Shown: positions 13,771 through 27,023 of the stretch, in pieces | Numbering within the stretch: the stretch's first letter is position 1 | How the letters are laid out: each line of letters begins with the position of its first letter | NCBI GenBank assembly: GCA_026770705.1 | Contig: JANJGN010000026.1 | Location: 39,246,001 to 39,310,000 of the forward strand | Length of the DNA stretch: 64,000 nt | Reading direction: 5' to 3' | Source of the DNA: Isurus oxyrinchus | Taxonomy: Eukaryota | Program-made: the position numbers and the translations under genes | The notes under the pieces: model-generated | The model's input: only the letters and a program-made list of their open reading frames with translations | Told to the model about the DNA's origin: nothing | Databases searched by the model: none

Positions 13771-14387
13771 GGAACATGGGTCATTAGAACGCTCTGGCCG
13801 CCCATTCGCCTGATGATACGGTTTCAGACTCTGCCTCTTACAATCGGTGGCCACGCCAAAAGCAAACAGAAAGTCCTATTGCAAAAGTGGGAAAAAAAAC
13901 TTAAAATGAAAGATAACTGTAAGAATTACCACAGATCAACTCAAGCATCAATTAGTCATCTGGAACACAATGCAGTGTGTGACTAAGTTGTGCAATGTGC
14001 AGTCCAATGTTGTTCACCTTTATTTCTGTTCCTCAATCTCATTGATGAAGGGAATGTTACAAGATTCATCCCAACCTTTCAATACAAACATTACACACAT
14101 TACACCAGAGCAATTAGAAATTGCACCCAACGCCTAATGGTTATTAACAAGTCTAAACGTATTCTTTCAACCACTTATCACCAACAGGGTATTATAACAT
14201 TCTTAAAGTTAATACCTACCTATCCATGTGGCACGCTCTCTCCATCTCTAGTCAGCAGAAACCTTTTATAATGCAGTAAGAACTGAGACTTGGTCCAGTT
14301 TATCAATAAATGAGATAGGACCTCTACAATATAAGGTGAGACATAGGAGAGCACAGTAATGAATGAAGCTGTCTAATACAGTAATAT

Positions 14388-15535
14388 CACAGAATCAACA
14401 AATCTTAATGGCACAGATGGGGGCCATTCGGCTCATCATGCATGCACCGGCTCTCCAAATGAGCTTTATGACCTAGCGCCATTGCCCTGTCATTTCCCCA
14501 TATCCTTGCACGTTGGTTCTATTCAAAAACTCATTTAATTCCGTCTTGAATGCTTCAGTTGAACGTCCCTCCACCGCACTTCCAAGCAGTGCATTCCAGA
14601 CTCGAACCACTCGTTGTGTGAAAAAGCTTTTTCTCACGTCACATTTGTTTCTTTAGCAAATCACTTCAAATCTGTGCCCTCTTGCTTTTGATCCTTTTAC
14701 GAATGAGAACAGTTTCTCCTTATCTGCTTTGTCCAGCCCGCTCATGATTTTGAAAACTTCAGCAAGTATCCTCTCAGCCTTCTCCTCTCCATGGAAATAG
14801 TCACAACTTTTCCAATCTATCCTCATAGCTGAGGTTCCTCATCCCTGAGAGCATTCTTGTAAACCTCTTCTGCACTCTCTCCAATATCTTCAAACCCTTC
14901 CTATAATATGGTACCCAGGGCGGTACACAATATTCCAGTTGAGATCGAAGGAGGGTCCTATATAAATTCAGCATAACCTCCCTGCTCTTGCACTCTATGC
15001 CCTTATTAACAGAGCCCAGGATACTATATGCATTATTAACTGCCATCTCCATCTGTCCGACAACCTTCATTGGTCTATGCACAAATACATCCAAGTATTT
15101 CTGCTCCTGCACACCTTCAAAATTCCAGCCCTTATTTTATATTGTCTGTCCATGTTCTCCCTTCCAAAATGCATCACCTCACATTTCTCTGCGTTGAACT
15201 TCATCTGCCATCTAACTGCCCACTCCACTAACTTGTCTGTGTCCTCTTAAAGTTCCACACCGTTCTCATCGCAGTTCACAACACTCCCAAGCTTCGTATC
15301 AATCGCAAACTTCGAAATTGTCCCCTGCACACCAAGATCTACATCGTTAATATGTATCAGGAAAAGCAAAGGCCCCAATACCGACCCCTGGGGAACTCCA
15401 CTACAAATCTTCCTCCAGCCCAAAAAGCATCGATTGACCATTACTCCCTGCTTCCTATTTTTCAGCCAGTTTTGTATCCATACTGCTACTGTCCCTTTTA
15501 TTCCATGAGCAATAACTTTTTCCACAAGTCAGTTG
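14388..15535 (-). mobile_element. CR1 LINE RT/3' fragment
   Basis: ORFs SGVPQGSVLGPLLFLIHIND..ISKFAIDTKL and LYRTLLRSQLEYC..VQKRFTRM. Confidence 0.9.
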
Positions 15536-15809
15536 TGAGATAAATCCTAATATAATACCAAAAGAGATTTTGTGCAATGCAACAGCAGCTCAGGAATTGT
15601 CACTTGCAGTATATCTGGAGGCACGGCTATGTGCATTAATAAATGAAGCGGTATATAATGTAACATAAACAGAGACATAGTCCCGTGCAGTAATAACTGA
15701 GAAAGAGTCAATTGTAGTGTATACTGAGGCAGGGTCCAGTGCATTAATAAATTAAACTGCAGATAGCGTTATATACACAGATGCATTGCTGAGAGGAAGA
15801 TAAAAGGAG

Positions 15810-16470
15810 AAATGGTAAGCAATTGGGAAAGCTAATCGAATGTTCTCTTTTCTTGTGAGGGGAACAGTAGGGAAGTTCTGCTTCAGTTGTACCAGGCACT
15901 AGTGAGATCACGTTTGGAGTACTGTGTGCAGCATTGGTCACCTTATTTAAGGAAGGACATGAATGCGTGAGAAGCAGTTCAGAGAAGGATTACTAGACTA
16001 ATACCTGGAATGTTTGGGTTGCTTAATGAGATTGGACAGGCTAGACTTGTATCTGCTGGAGTTTAGAAGAGTAAGAGGCGACTTGACTGAAACATTTACG
16101 ATCATGAGGGGCCTTGACAGGGTGGATGTGGAGAGGATGCCTTCACTTGTGGGAGAATCTAGAACTAGGGATTACTGTTTAAAATAAGGGGTCGCCCATG
16201 TAAAACAGAGATGAGGTGAATTTTTTTCACTCTCAGGGTCGTGAGTCTTTGGGACTCTCTCCCTAAAAAGGCAGTGGAAGCAGAGCCTTTGGATATTTTT
16301 AAGGCAGAGGTGGATAGATTCTTGGTAAACAAGGGGGTGATAGGTTATTGGTGGTAGGTGGGGTCCAAGATTTCAGGTTACTATCAGATCAACTATGATT
16401 TTATTAAAAGGCGGAACAGCTCCGGGGGGCTGAAAGGCCTACTCCTGCTCTTTGTTCGTATGCTCGTATG
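15810..16470 (+). mobile_element. CR1 LINE 3' fragment
   Basis: LEYCVQ.W, AVQRR.TRL and GESRTRG remnants plus CR1 3' UTR. Confidence 0.85.
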
Positions 16471-17029
16471 TCCGTCTGGTCTAGTACAGTTATAACTGAG
16501 ACAAGGTCATCAGGCCAAGGGTAGTGATAACTGAAGCATGGTGCAGTGTAAAATAATGAAACACAAGGTGCAGCGAAATATAAGTTCAGACATGGTTGTA
16601 CTACAGTACAAACTGAAAAAGGGTAATTGAAGTGTCCACAGAAGCATGGCATAATATAGTAACAAATGACACAAGATCTAATAATATAAACTTCGGCAGG
16701 GTCAGATGCAGTGATAACTGGGAAAGGACCAGTTACAGCACAAGTAGAAATATGGACGACTGCAGTAATAGATAAGATAGGACCCAGTGGACTATTGTTC
16801 AACAACAATAACTAAAGCAGAGTGTAGTATAGCATTTACAGCTGCAGGTGAGGTGCGAAATAAATTGAACCAGGGATGTATGGGGATTACTAAAACGGGG
16901 CCTTGATTGACATAAACTGAGACAAGACTTAGTGCAGTGATTACTGATACAGGGCCTGGATTATTATCAACCGAGACAGGGTCTAATGCAATGTTTACTG
17001 ATACAAGGTCTAGATTAATATAAAAACAG

Positions 17030-18395
17030 AAAATTCTGGAAAAACGCCATCCCATCCTCTCAGTTGCTTTGTCACCCTCACATCTGGTCCGATGATGCCA
17101 CTTTCCAAAACACTGCTTCTGACATGTCTTCCTTCTTCCTAAACTGAGGTTTCCCCTCCACCACCCCCCACCCCCACCGCCCCCCACCCCCCCCCCCCCA
17201 ACCTGTGGATGACAGGGCCGTTAATTGTGTGTGACCCATCTTCCGAGCCTCTGTTCACACTTTCCCCTCCCACCCAGAGCCATGATAGGATCCTCCTTGT
17301 CCTCACATTTCACCCCACAGCGTCCACATTCAAATGGTCATCCTCCGCCATTTCTACTAACTCCAGCATGATGCCACCACCAAACAAATCTTGTCCTCAC
17401 CACCCCAACCCCTTCGACTACTATCAGTGTTCTGTAGTGGCCATTCCCTTCAGGACACCCTGGCCTACTCCTCCATCAACCCCAATACCTCATTCACTTC
17501 CCATGGCACCTTCCTATGCAATCACAGAAGATGCCACATCTGCCTCTTTACCTCCTCCTTCTTCACCATCCAAGGGCCCAAACATTCCTTTCAGCTGAAG
17601 CACCACTTCATTGCACCTCCTTAAATTTGGCCCACTGCATTCGCTGCTCCCAATGCTGTCTCCTCTAGAGAGGGGACACCAATCACAGACTGGGTGAGTG
17701 TTTTGTGGAACACCTTTGGTTTGTCTGCAAGCATGATCAAGGCCTTCTTGTCGCTTGCTATTTCAACACACCACCCTGCTCTCATGCCCACATGTCCATC
17801 ATTGGCCTGCTGCAATGTTCCAGTGAAGCCCAACACAAACTGGAAGAACAGCACCTCATCTTCTGATGATGCACTTTAAAGCCTTATTCATTTATTAATT
17901 GTTTCAGCCCCATTTTACCCTCTTTTCTTGTTCTTTTTCATATAGTTTTTCCCCAACCACCGCCCCCTCCACCAACCACACCTCCCAAAAGGCCCATCTG
18001 TTACTTGTTCCATGTTGTTCTTTCACAGTGTGTTGACTCTGGTTCTGCTATTAACACATTCTGCTTTCTTACCTTTATGCCACTATCAGCACCTTGTTTA
18101 GCCTTACCACTACCATTAACTCTCCCTTAGCCTTTTTGCCCATGATATGTTTGTCAGCATCACCTTACCCCCAACTATCGCCTGCCTTCTATCCAGCCTC
18201 ACCTGATCCACCCCGCTTAAATAGTATTAATGTTGTCATATTTCCATTGTTCTTTAGCTCTGAGGAAGAGTCATAGGGTCTTTAAATGTTAACTCTGCTT
18301 CTCTCCCCACAGGTGCTGTCAGACGTGCTGAGTTTTGCCATCATTTTGTGTTTTCCTTTCAGACTTCCAGCATCTGCAGTATTTTGCTTTTATCC
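17030..18395 (+). mobile_element. Old Penelope-like element fragment (GIY-YIG end plus 3' region)
   Basis: Degraded homology to 25.8-27.1 kb (DR..LVLTFHP, C..C.FTSS..TIQGPKHSFQ). Confidence 0.85.
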
Positions 18396-21300
18396 CTTTT
18401 GATATAAATTAAGAAAATGCCTTTTGCAGTGATTACTGATACAGGGTCTAGGGTAATATAAACTAAGACAGGGGCAAGTGCAGTGTTTACTCATACAGGT
18501 CTAGATTGATATAAACTGAGGCAGGGCGAAGTGCAGTGTTTACTGATATAGGGTCTAGATTGATACAAACTGAGGCAGGGCATAGTGCAGTGATCGCTGA
18601 TACAGGACTGAGATGAATATAAATCAGGACAAGTGATGAGGCAGTGATTCCTGAAACAAGATGTAGAGCATATAAGCTGAGACAGTGTCCATTGCTGTGA
18701 AAACTGTTACAGGGTCTATATCAATATGAGCTGAGATAGTGTCTAGTGTAGTGATTGCTGATACAAGGTCTGGATTAAGATAAACTGAGACAAGGCCTAA
18801 TACAGTGATTACTGATACAATGTCTAGATTAAAATAAACTGAGACAGGGTCAAGTGCAGTGATAACTGATAGAGGGTATAGGTTGATATAATCTGAGGCA
18901 GGCCATAGTACAGTGATTACTGATACAGGGTGTCAATCAATAAAAACTGAGACAGTGTCCATTGCAGTGATTACTGATACAGCATCTAGACCAATTTAAC
19001 CTGAGGCAAGGTATAGTGCAGTGTTTACTGGTACACGATTAGCAATAATATAAACTGAGACAACATCTAGTGCAGTGATTACTGATACAGGGCCTATATC
19101 AATTTACACTGAGATGGAGTCTAATGCACTGATTATTGATACAGGGTCAAAATTAATATAATTGAGACAGGGTCTTGTGCAGTGATTACTGATACAGGAT
19201 CTAGATCAATATAAACAGAGAGAGTCAAGTGCAGAAATTATTAATATAGGGTCTCAATTGATATAAACTGACACAGAGCATTTAGCGTTAATTACTGATA
19301 CAGGGCCTAGATTAATATAAACTGAGAGAGCGTCTAGTGCAGTGATTACTGATACAGAGTCTTTAATAATATAAACTGAGTCAGTCTCTCATGCTGTCAT
19401 TCCTGGAACAGGGTCTGGACTAATAAAAGCTGAGACGGGGCCCAGCGCAGTGATTACTGTTGAAGGGTCGAGGCTAATATGAACGGAGGCAGGGCCAACT
19501 GCAGTGATTACTGATAAAGAGTTTAGATTAATATAAATTGATTCAGCACCTAGTGAAGTGATTTCTGACACAGACTCTAGATTAGTATGAAGTGAGACAG
19601 GCTCTTCTGCAGCGATTATCGCTACCAGCTCTAGATTGATAAAAATTGAGGCAGGGCCAAGTGCAGTGATTACTGGTACAGGCTGTAGATTAATACAACT
19701 GATACAAGGTCTAGTGCAGTGATAACACATACAGGAGAGAGACCAATATAAACCAAGTTAAGGTGTAGTGCAGTGATTACTGATACAGTGGCTAAATCAA
19801 TATAAACTGAGACAGGGCCACGTACAGTGATTACTGATGCAGTGTCTAGGTTGATATAATCTGAGGCAGTCCATACTGCAGTAATTACTGATACAGGATC
19901 TATATCAAAATAAGCTGAGTTAGGTCTAAAGCAGTGTTTACTGATACAGGGTCTTGATAAATATAAAAGGATAGAGGGTCTACCTCACTGATTACTGATA
20001 CAGGGCCCAGACAAATATAAAATAAGACAGGGGCTAATGCAGTGATGACTGATACATGATTGAACTTAACATAAAATGAGACAGGGTCCATTGCAGTGAT
20101 TATTGAAACCCGGTCTAAATTAATACAAAATTAAATAGGGTCTATTGCTATGGTTAATGATACAGGGTCTAGATCAATTTAAACTGAGACAGGGTCTAGT
20201 GCACTGATTACTGATACAGGGTCAAAATTAACATAAGTGAGATAGGGTCTAGTGTGGTGATTACTGATAGTGTCTAGATTAACATAAACTGAGGCAGGTT
20301 CTAGTGCAGTAATTAGTGATACAAGGACTAGATTAATATAAACTGAGACAGGCTCTGGTACAGAGATAAATGATACAGGGTCATGATCAACATTAACCGA
20401 GACAGGGTCTAGTGCACTGATTACTGATACAGGGTCTAGATTGATTTAAAACCAATAACTGAGGCAGGATCTAGTGCAGTGATTACTGATACAGGATCTA
20501 GATCAATGCAAACTGATACAGTGTCTATTGCAGTGATTACTGATACAGGATCTAGATCAATGCAAACTGATACAGTGTCTATTGCAGTGATTACTGATAC
20601 ATGGTCTAGGTTGATATAAATGAGGCAGGGCCTACTGCCATGATTACTGATACAAGATCTAGACTAATATAAACTGAGACAGGCTTGAGTGAAGAGATAA
20701 CTGATACAGGACCTAGATCAATATTAACTGAGATAGGGTCTCGTGGACTGAATACTCATGCAGGGTTTAAGCTAATATGAACTGAGACAGGGCATTGTAC
20801 AGTGATTACTGATAGTGGGCCTGTATAAATACAAACTAGAACAGGGCTAGTGCAGTGATTACTGATACAGGGTCTGGACTAATATAAACTGAGATGGGGC
20901 CCAAAGCAATGATTACTGATACAGGCTCTAAATTAATATAAACTGAGGCAGGGCCTAGTGCAGTGATTACTAATACAGGGGCTAGATCAATATAAACTGA
21001 GATAGTGTCTTGTGCAGTTCTTACTTACACAGGGCCCAGATAAATATAAGCCAGGACAGGGGCTAGTGCAGTGATTACTGATACAGGGGCTAAATCAATA
21101 TAAACTGAGACAGGGCCTAGATCAATGATTATTATACAGGGTCTTGATTAATATAAAATGAAAGACGGTCTTCTGCAGTGATTACTGATACAGGGTCTAG
21201 ATTGAAATAAACTAAGGCAGGCAATAGTGAAGTGGTTACTGATTCAGGGCCCAGATAAATATACACTAGGACATGGGCTAGCGTGGTAATTACTGATACA

Positions 21301-24300
21301 GGATCTAGATCAACATAAACTGAGACAGTATCCATTGCTGTGATTATTTTTACAGGGCCTAGATCAATGCAAACTGATACAGTGTCTATTGCAGTGATTA
21401 CTGATACAGGGTCTAGATTAATATAAACTGAGACAGGCCCTAGTGCCGTATTTAATGATACAGGATCTAGACGAATATAAACTAAGACAGGCTCAAGTGA
21501 AGAGATAACTGATATAGAGCCTAGATCAATATTAACTGAGACAGGGCCTAATGCACCAATTACTGATATAAGGTCTAGATTAACATAAACTGAGAGAGGT
21601 ACTGGTGCAGTGATTGCTAACATAGGGCCTAGATTGATATAAACTGATATAGAGCATAGAGCAGTGATTACTGATAAAGGCTCTAGATTAATAGAAACTG
21701 AGACAGGGCCTGGTGCAGTGATTACTAAGACAGTGTGTTCATTAATATAAACTGAGACAGGCTCTATTTCAATGATTACTGATACAGGTCATGTCCAGTG
21801 CAGTTCTTACTGACACAGGGTCTAGATCAAAATAAACTGAGACAGTATCCAGTGAAATGATTCCTGATGCAGGATGTAGATGATAAAAACTGAGGCAGGG
21901 CATAGTGCAATGATTACTGATACAGGGTCTAGATTTCTATAGACCGGGGCAGGTCATAGCGCAGTGAATACTGATTCATACAAACTGGGACAGGATCTGG
22001 GGCAGTGATTACTGATACAGGGACTAGATAAAAATAAACTGACACTGTGTCCAGGGCGGTGATTACTGATACACGACCTGAACTAATATAAAATAAGACA
22101 GGGCCAAGTGCAGTGATTATTGATACATGGTCTTGACTAATACAAACTGAGATGGGGCCTGGTGCAGTGATTACTGATGTAGGGTGTAGGTTAATATGAA
22201 CTGAGAACTGAGACAGAGTATATTGCAGAGCTTACTGATGCATGGTGTGGACTACTATAAACTGAGTCTGGGTCTAGTGCGGACAAATATGATGCAGCTG
22301 ATGTCAATATTAACCGAAACAGGGTCCAGTGCAATGGTTACTGATAATGTACTTTGATTAATATAAACTGAAACTGTGTCCAGTGCAGTGATTAGTGACA
22401 CAGGTTCTAGGTTAATGTAAACTGAGTCAGGGCCTAGTGCAGTGATTACCGATACAGGGTCTGGATTAATATAAACTGAGACAGGGTCTAGTGCAGTGTT
22501 TACTGATACAGGGTCTAGATTAATAGAAAATGAGACAGGGCCAAGTTCAGTGATTACTGATACAGGGTCTAGGTTAAGATAACCAGGGACAGGGCCTCAG
22601 GCAGTGATTACTGATACAGGGCCTTCAGTAATATAAACTGAGACAGGTTCTATTGCAGAGATAACTGATACAGGGTCTAGAACAACATTAACTGAGACTG
22701 GGTCTAGTGCAGTGATTACTGATACAGTCTAGATTACGGTAATCTGAGTCAGGACCTAGAGCAGTGATTACTTATACAGGGTCTTGATTAATGTAAAACG
22801 AAAGAGGGTCTCCTGCAGTGATTAATGATACAGGGTCTAGTTTGAAATAAACTGAGGCAGGCCATTGTGCAGTAATTACTGACACAGGATCTCGATTAAT
22901 ATAAACTGAGGTAGGGCCAAGCGCAGCGATTATCAATCCAGGGTCTAGATTAATAGAAACTGAGGCAAATGCAGTGACTACTGATAAAGGGTCTAGATTT
23001 ATATAAACTGGGGCAGGGCATAGCACAGTGAATACTGATACAGGGATGAGATTAATACAAACTGAGACAGGATCTGGGGTAATGATTACTGATACAGGGA
23101 CTAGATCACAATAAACTGACACCATGTCAAGGGCGGTGATTACTAATAAATGGCCTGAACTAGTGTAAACTGAGACAGGGCCAAGTGCAGTGACTACTGA
23201 TACAGGGTCTTGTCTAATACAAACTGAGACAGGTCCTAGTGCAGTGATTACCGATTCAGGGCCTAGATTAATATGAACTGAGAACTGAGACAAAGTATAT
23301 TGCAGAGATTACTGATGCATGATGTGGACTACTATAAACTGAGTCTGGGTCTAGTGCAGAGAAATATGATGCAGGGCCGACGTCAACATTAACTGAGACA
23401 GGGTCCAGTGCAGATGTTACTGATACAGGGCCTTGATCAATATACACTGAGACAGTGTCCAGTGCAGTGATTAGAGACTTAGGACCTAGATTAATATAAA
23501 CGGAGTCAGGGCCTCATGCAATCATTACTGATATAGGGTCTAGATTGATATAAACTGCAGGAGGGCATTGTGCAGTGATTATGGAGACAGGGCCTGGATT
23601 AATATAAACTGAGACAGGGTCTAGTGCAGTGATGACTGATACAGTCTTGAGATTGATATAAACTGAGGTAGTGCATTCTGCAGTGATTACTGACACTGGC
23701 TTTAGATTAAGATAGATATAAATCAATATAAATGGAGACAGTCTCTACTGCAGTGATTACTGATACAGAGTCTAGATTGATATAAACAGTAACAGGGTGT
23801 AGTATAGTGATTACTGATACAGGGCCAAGATTAATATAAGCTGAGACAGGATCTAGTGAGTTATTACTGATAAAGGGACTATATTATTTTTTAATGAGAA
23901 AGGGTCTAGTCTCTGATTACTAATGCAGCATCTAGATTTTTATAAGCTGAGACAGGATCCAGTGCAGTGATTATTGACATAGGGCTTAGATTAATATAAA
24001 CTAAGGCAGTGCATATTGCAGTGCTTACTGATACAAGGTTGAGATTAATAGAAACTGAGAAAGGGCCAAGTGCAATGATTACTGATACAGGCTCTAGGTT
24101 AAGATAAACAGAGACAGGGCCTAAGGCAGTGATTACTGATACAGGGCCTTCACTAATAGAAACTGAGACAGGTTCTATCGCAGAGATGGAAATAGGTGGG
24201 AAAAGAAAAATCTATATAATTTATAGGGAAAAGAAAGGGAAAAAGGGGGAAACAGAAAGGGGGTGGGGATGGGGGAGGGAGCTCACGACCTAAAGTTGTT

Positions 24301-24811
24301 GAACTCAATATTCAGACCGGAAGGCTGTAAGGTGCCTAGTCGGAAGATGAGGTGTTGTTCCTCCAGTTTGCGTTGGGCTTCACTGGAACAATGCAGCAAG
24401 CCAAGGACAGACATGTGGGCAAGAGAGCAGGGTGGAGTGTTAAAATGGCAAGTGACAGGGAGGTTTGGATCATTCTTGCGGACAGACCGCAGGTGTTCTG
24501 CAAAGCGGTCGCCCAGTTTACGTTTGGTCTCTCCAATGTAGAGGAGACCACATTGGGAGCAACGAATGCAGTAGACTAAGTTGGGGGAAATGCAAGTGAA
24601 ATGCTGCTTCACTTGAAAGGAATGTTTGGGCCCTTGGACGGTGAGGAGAGAGGAAGTGAAGGGGCAGGTGTTACATCTTTTGCGTGGGCATGGGGTGGTG
24701 CCATAGGAGGGGGTTGAGGAGTAGGGGGTGATGGAGGAGTGGACCAGGGTGTCCCGGAGGGAGCGATCCCTACGGAATGCCGATAAGGGGGGTGAAGGGG
24801 GATAAGGGGGG

Positions 24812-26602
24812 GTGAAGGGTGAAGGTTTTGTCTGGCGCACTGACCTCTACCTCGTGGATGCTGAGCGTCAACTCGCAGACACTTCCTCCTACCTCTCCCT
24901 GGACCATGACCCCACCACTGAACATCAAGCCATTGTTTCCAGGACTGTCACTAACCTCATCTCCTCTGGGGATCTCCCTCCCACAGCTTCCAACCTGATA
25001 GTCGCCCAACCTCGGACGGCCCGCATCTATCTCCTACCCAAAATCCACAAACAGAACTGCCCCGGTAGACCGATCGTCTCAGCTTGCTCCTGCCCCACAG
25101 AACTCATTTCTCGTTATCTTGACTCCCTTCTCTCTCCCCTTGTCCAGTCCCTTCCCACCTACATCCGTGATTCCTCTGACACCTTACGTCACATCAACAA
25201 TTTCCAGTTCCCTGGCTCCAACCGCTTCCTCTTCACCATGGACGTCCAATCCCTCTACACCTCCATCCCCCACCAGGATGGTCTGAGGGCCCTTAGCTTC
25301 TTCCTCGAACAGAGGCCCGAACAATCCCCATCCACCACTACTCTCCTCCGTCTGGCTGAACTTGTTCTCACGTTGAACAATTTCTCCTTCAACTCCTCTC
25401 ACTTTCTCCAAATAAAAGGTGTGGCTATGGGTACCCGCATGGGCCCCAGCTATGCCTGTCTCTTTATGGGGTATGTGGAACATTCCTTGTTGCAGTCCTA
25501 CTCCGGCCCCCTTCCACAACTTTTTCTCCGGTACATCGATGATTACTTCGGTGCCGCTTCATGCTCTCGTCGGGACTTGGAAAAATTTATTAATTTTGCT
25601 TCCAATCTCCACCCCTCCATCATTTTCACGTGGTCCATCTCTGACACTTCCCTTCCCTTCCTTGACCTCTCTGTCTCAATCTCTGGTGATAGACTGTCCA
25701 CCAATATCCATTACAAACCCACCGACTCCCACAGCTACCTCGACTACAGCTCCTCACACCCCGCTTCCTGTAAGGACTCCATCCCATTCTCCCAGTTCCT
25801 TCGCCTTCGTCGCATCTGTTCCGATGATGCTACCTTCAAAAACAGTTCCTCTGACATGTCCTCCTTCTTCCTTAACCGAGGTTTTCCACCGACGGTCGTT
25901 GACAGGGCCCTCAACCGTGTCTGGCCCATCTCCCGCGCATCCGCCCTCACGCCTCCTCCTCCCTCCCAGAAACATGATAGGGTCCCCCTTGTCCTCACTT
26001 ATCACCCCACCAGCCTCCGCATTCAAAGGATCATCCTCCGCCATTTCCGCCAACTCCAGCATGATGCCACCACCAAACACATCTTCCCTTCACCCCCCTT
26101 ATCGGCATTCCGTAGGGATCGCTCCCTCCGGGACACCCTGGTCCACTCCTCCATCACCCCCTACTCCTCAACCCCCTCCTATGGCACCACCCCATGCCCA
26201 CGCAAAAGATGTAACACCTGCCCCTTCACTTCCTCTCTCCTCACCGTCCAAGGGCCCAAACATTCCTCTCAAGTGAAGCAGCATTTCACTTGCATTTCCC
26301 CCAACTTAGTCTACTGCATTCGTTGCTCCCAATGTGGTCTCCTCTACATTGGAGAGACCAAACGTAAACTGGGCGACCGCTTTGCAGAACACCTGCGGTC
26401 TGTCCGCAAGAATGATCCAAACCTCCCTGTCGCTTGCCATTTTAACACTCCACCCTGCTCTCTTGCCCACATGTCTGTCCTTGGCTTGCTGCATTGTTCC
26501 AGCGAAGCCCAACGCAAACTGGAGGAACAACACCTCATCTTCCGACAAGGCACCTTACAGCCTTCCGGTCTGAATATTGAGTTCAACAACTTTAGGTCAT
26601 GA
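24812..26602 (+). CDS. Penelope RT + GIY-YIG endonuclease, N-terminally truncated but uninterrupted (596 aa)
   Basis: YLLPKIHK, PGRPIVS, MDVQSLYTSIP, GVAMGT, RYIDD, FLD and YKPT RT motifs; CxxC motifs, NLVYCIRC..CGLLYIGETKR and RFAEH (GIY-YIG). The start codon lies in the junction, so it is not native. Confidence 0.92.
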   Translation: MKGEGFVWRTDLYLVDAERQLADTSSYLSLDHDPTTEHQAIVSRTVTNLISSGDLPPTASNLIVAQPRTARIYLLPKIHKQNCPGRPIVSACSCPTELISRYLDSLLSPLVQSLPTYIRDSSDTLRHINNFQFPGSNRFLFTMDVQSLYTSIPHQDGLRALSFFLEQRPEQSPSTTTLLRLAELVLTLNNFSFNSSHFLQIKGVAMGTRMGPSYACLFMGYVEHSLLQSYSGPLPQLFLRYIDDYFGAASCSRRDLEKFINFASNLHPSIIFTWSISDTSLPFLDLSVSISGDRLSTNIHYKPTDSHSYLDYSSSHPASCKDSIPFSQFLRLRRICSDDATFKNSSSDMSSFFLNRGFPPTVVDRALNRVWPISRASALTPPPPSQKHDRVPLVLTYHPTSLRIQRIILRHFRQLQHDATTKHIFPSPPLSAFRRDRSLRDTLVHSSITPYSSTPSYGTTPCPRKRCNTCPFTSSLLTVQGPKHSSQVKQHFTCISPNLVYCIRCSQCGLLYIGETKRKLGDRFAEHLRSVRKNDPNLPVACHFNTPPCSLAHMSVLGLLHCSSEAQRKLEEQHLIFRQGTLQPSGLNIEFNNFRS

Positions 26603-26984
26603 GCTCCCTCCCCCATCCCCACCCCCTTTCTGTTTCCCCCTTTTTCCTTTTTTTTTCCCTATAAATTATATAGATTTTTCTTTTCCCACCTATTTCCATT
26701 ATTTTTAAATATTTTAAAATCTTTTATGCTCCCCCCACCCCCACTAGAGCTGTACCTTGAGTGCCCTACCATCCATTCTTAATTAGCACATTCGTTTAGA
26801 TAATATCACCAACTTTAACTTTAACACCTATGTGTTCTTTTGTACCATTGTCGCTGACATCTTTTGATGATCTGCTTCCAACACGGCTTGTTTGTCTACA
26901 CAACCACCTCTCTCTCTCCCTATCTCTCCGCCCTACACACACACCTTAAACCAGCTTATATTTCAACTCTTGGACTCGAAATCA

Positions 26985-27023
26985 AGTTCTGTCGAAGGGT
27001 CATGAGGACTCGAAACGTCAACT
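26985..27023 (+). ncRNA. Minimal type I hammerhead ribozyme-like motif of Penelope
   Basis: AGTT-CTGTCGA-A-GGGTC-atgag-GACTC-GAAAC-GTC-AACT gives stem I AGTT/AACT, stem II, GAAA core, palindromic ACGT stem III and a GUC site. The core deviates from CUGANGA at A6. Confidence 0.6.

Noticed and set aside
13423-13854. His/Thr- and Cys/Val-rich ORFs (also at 46.1-46.6 and 56.8-57.6 kb)
   Set aside because: Artefacts of CA microsatellites.
24283-24840. Standalone GIY-YIG nuclease gene on the minus strand
   Set aside because: It is the inverted arm of the Penelope insertion; its start comes from the junction.
25419-26276. 285-aa Ser/Pro-rich overlapping ORF in Penelope
   Set aside because: Alternate frame of a C-rich RT gene; no domain features.
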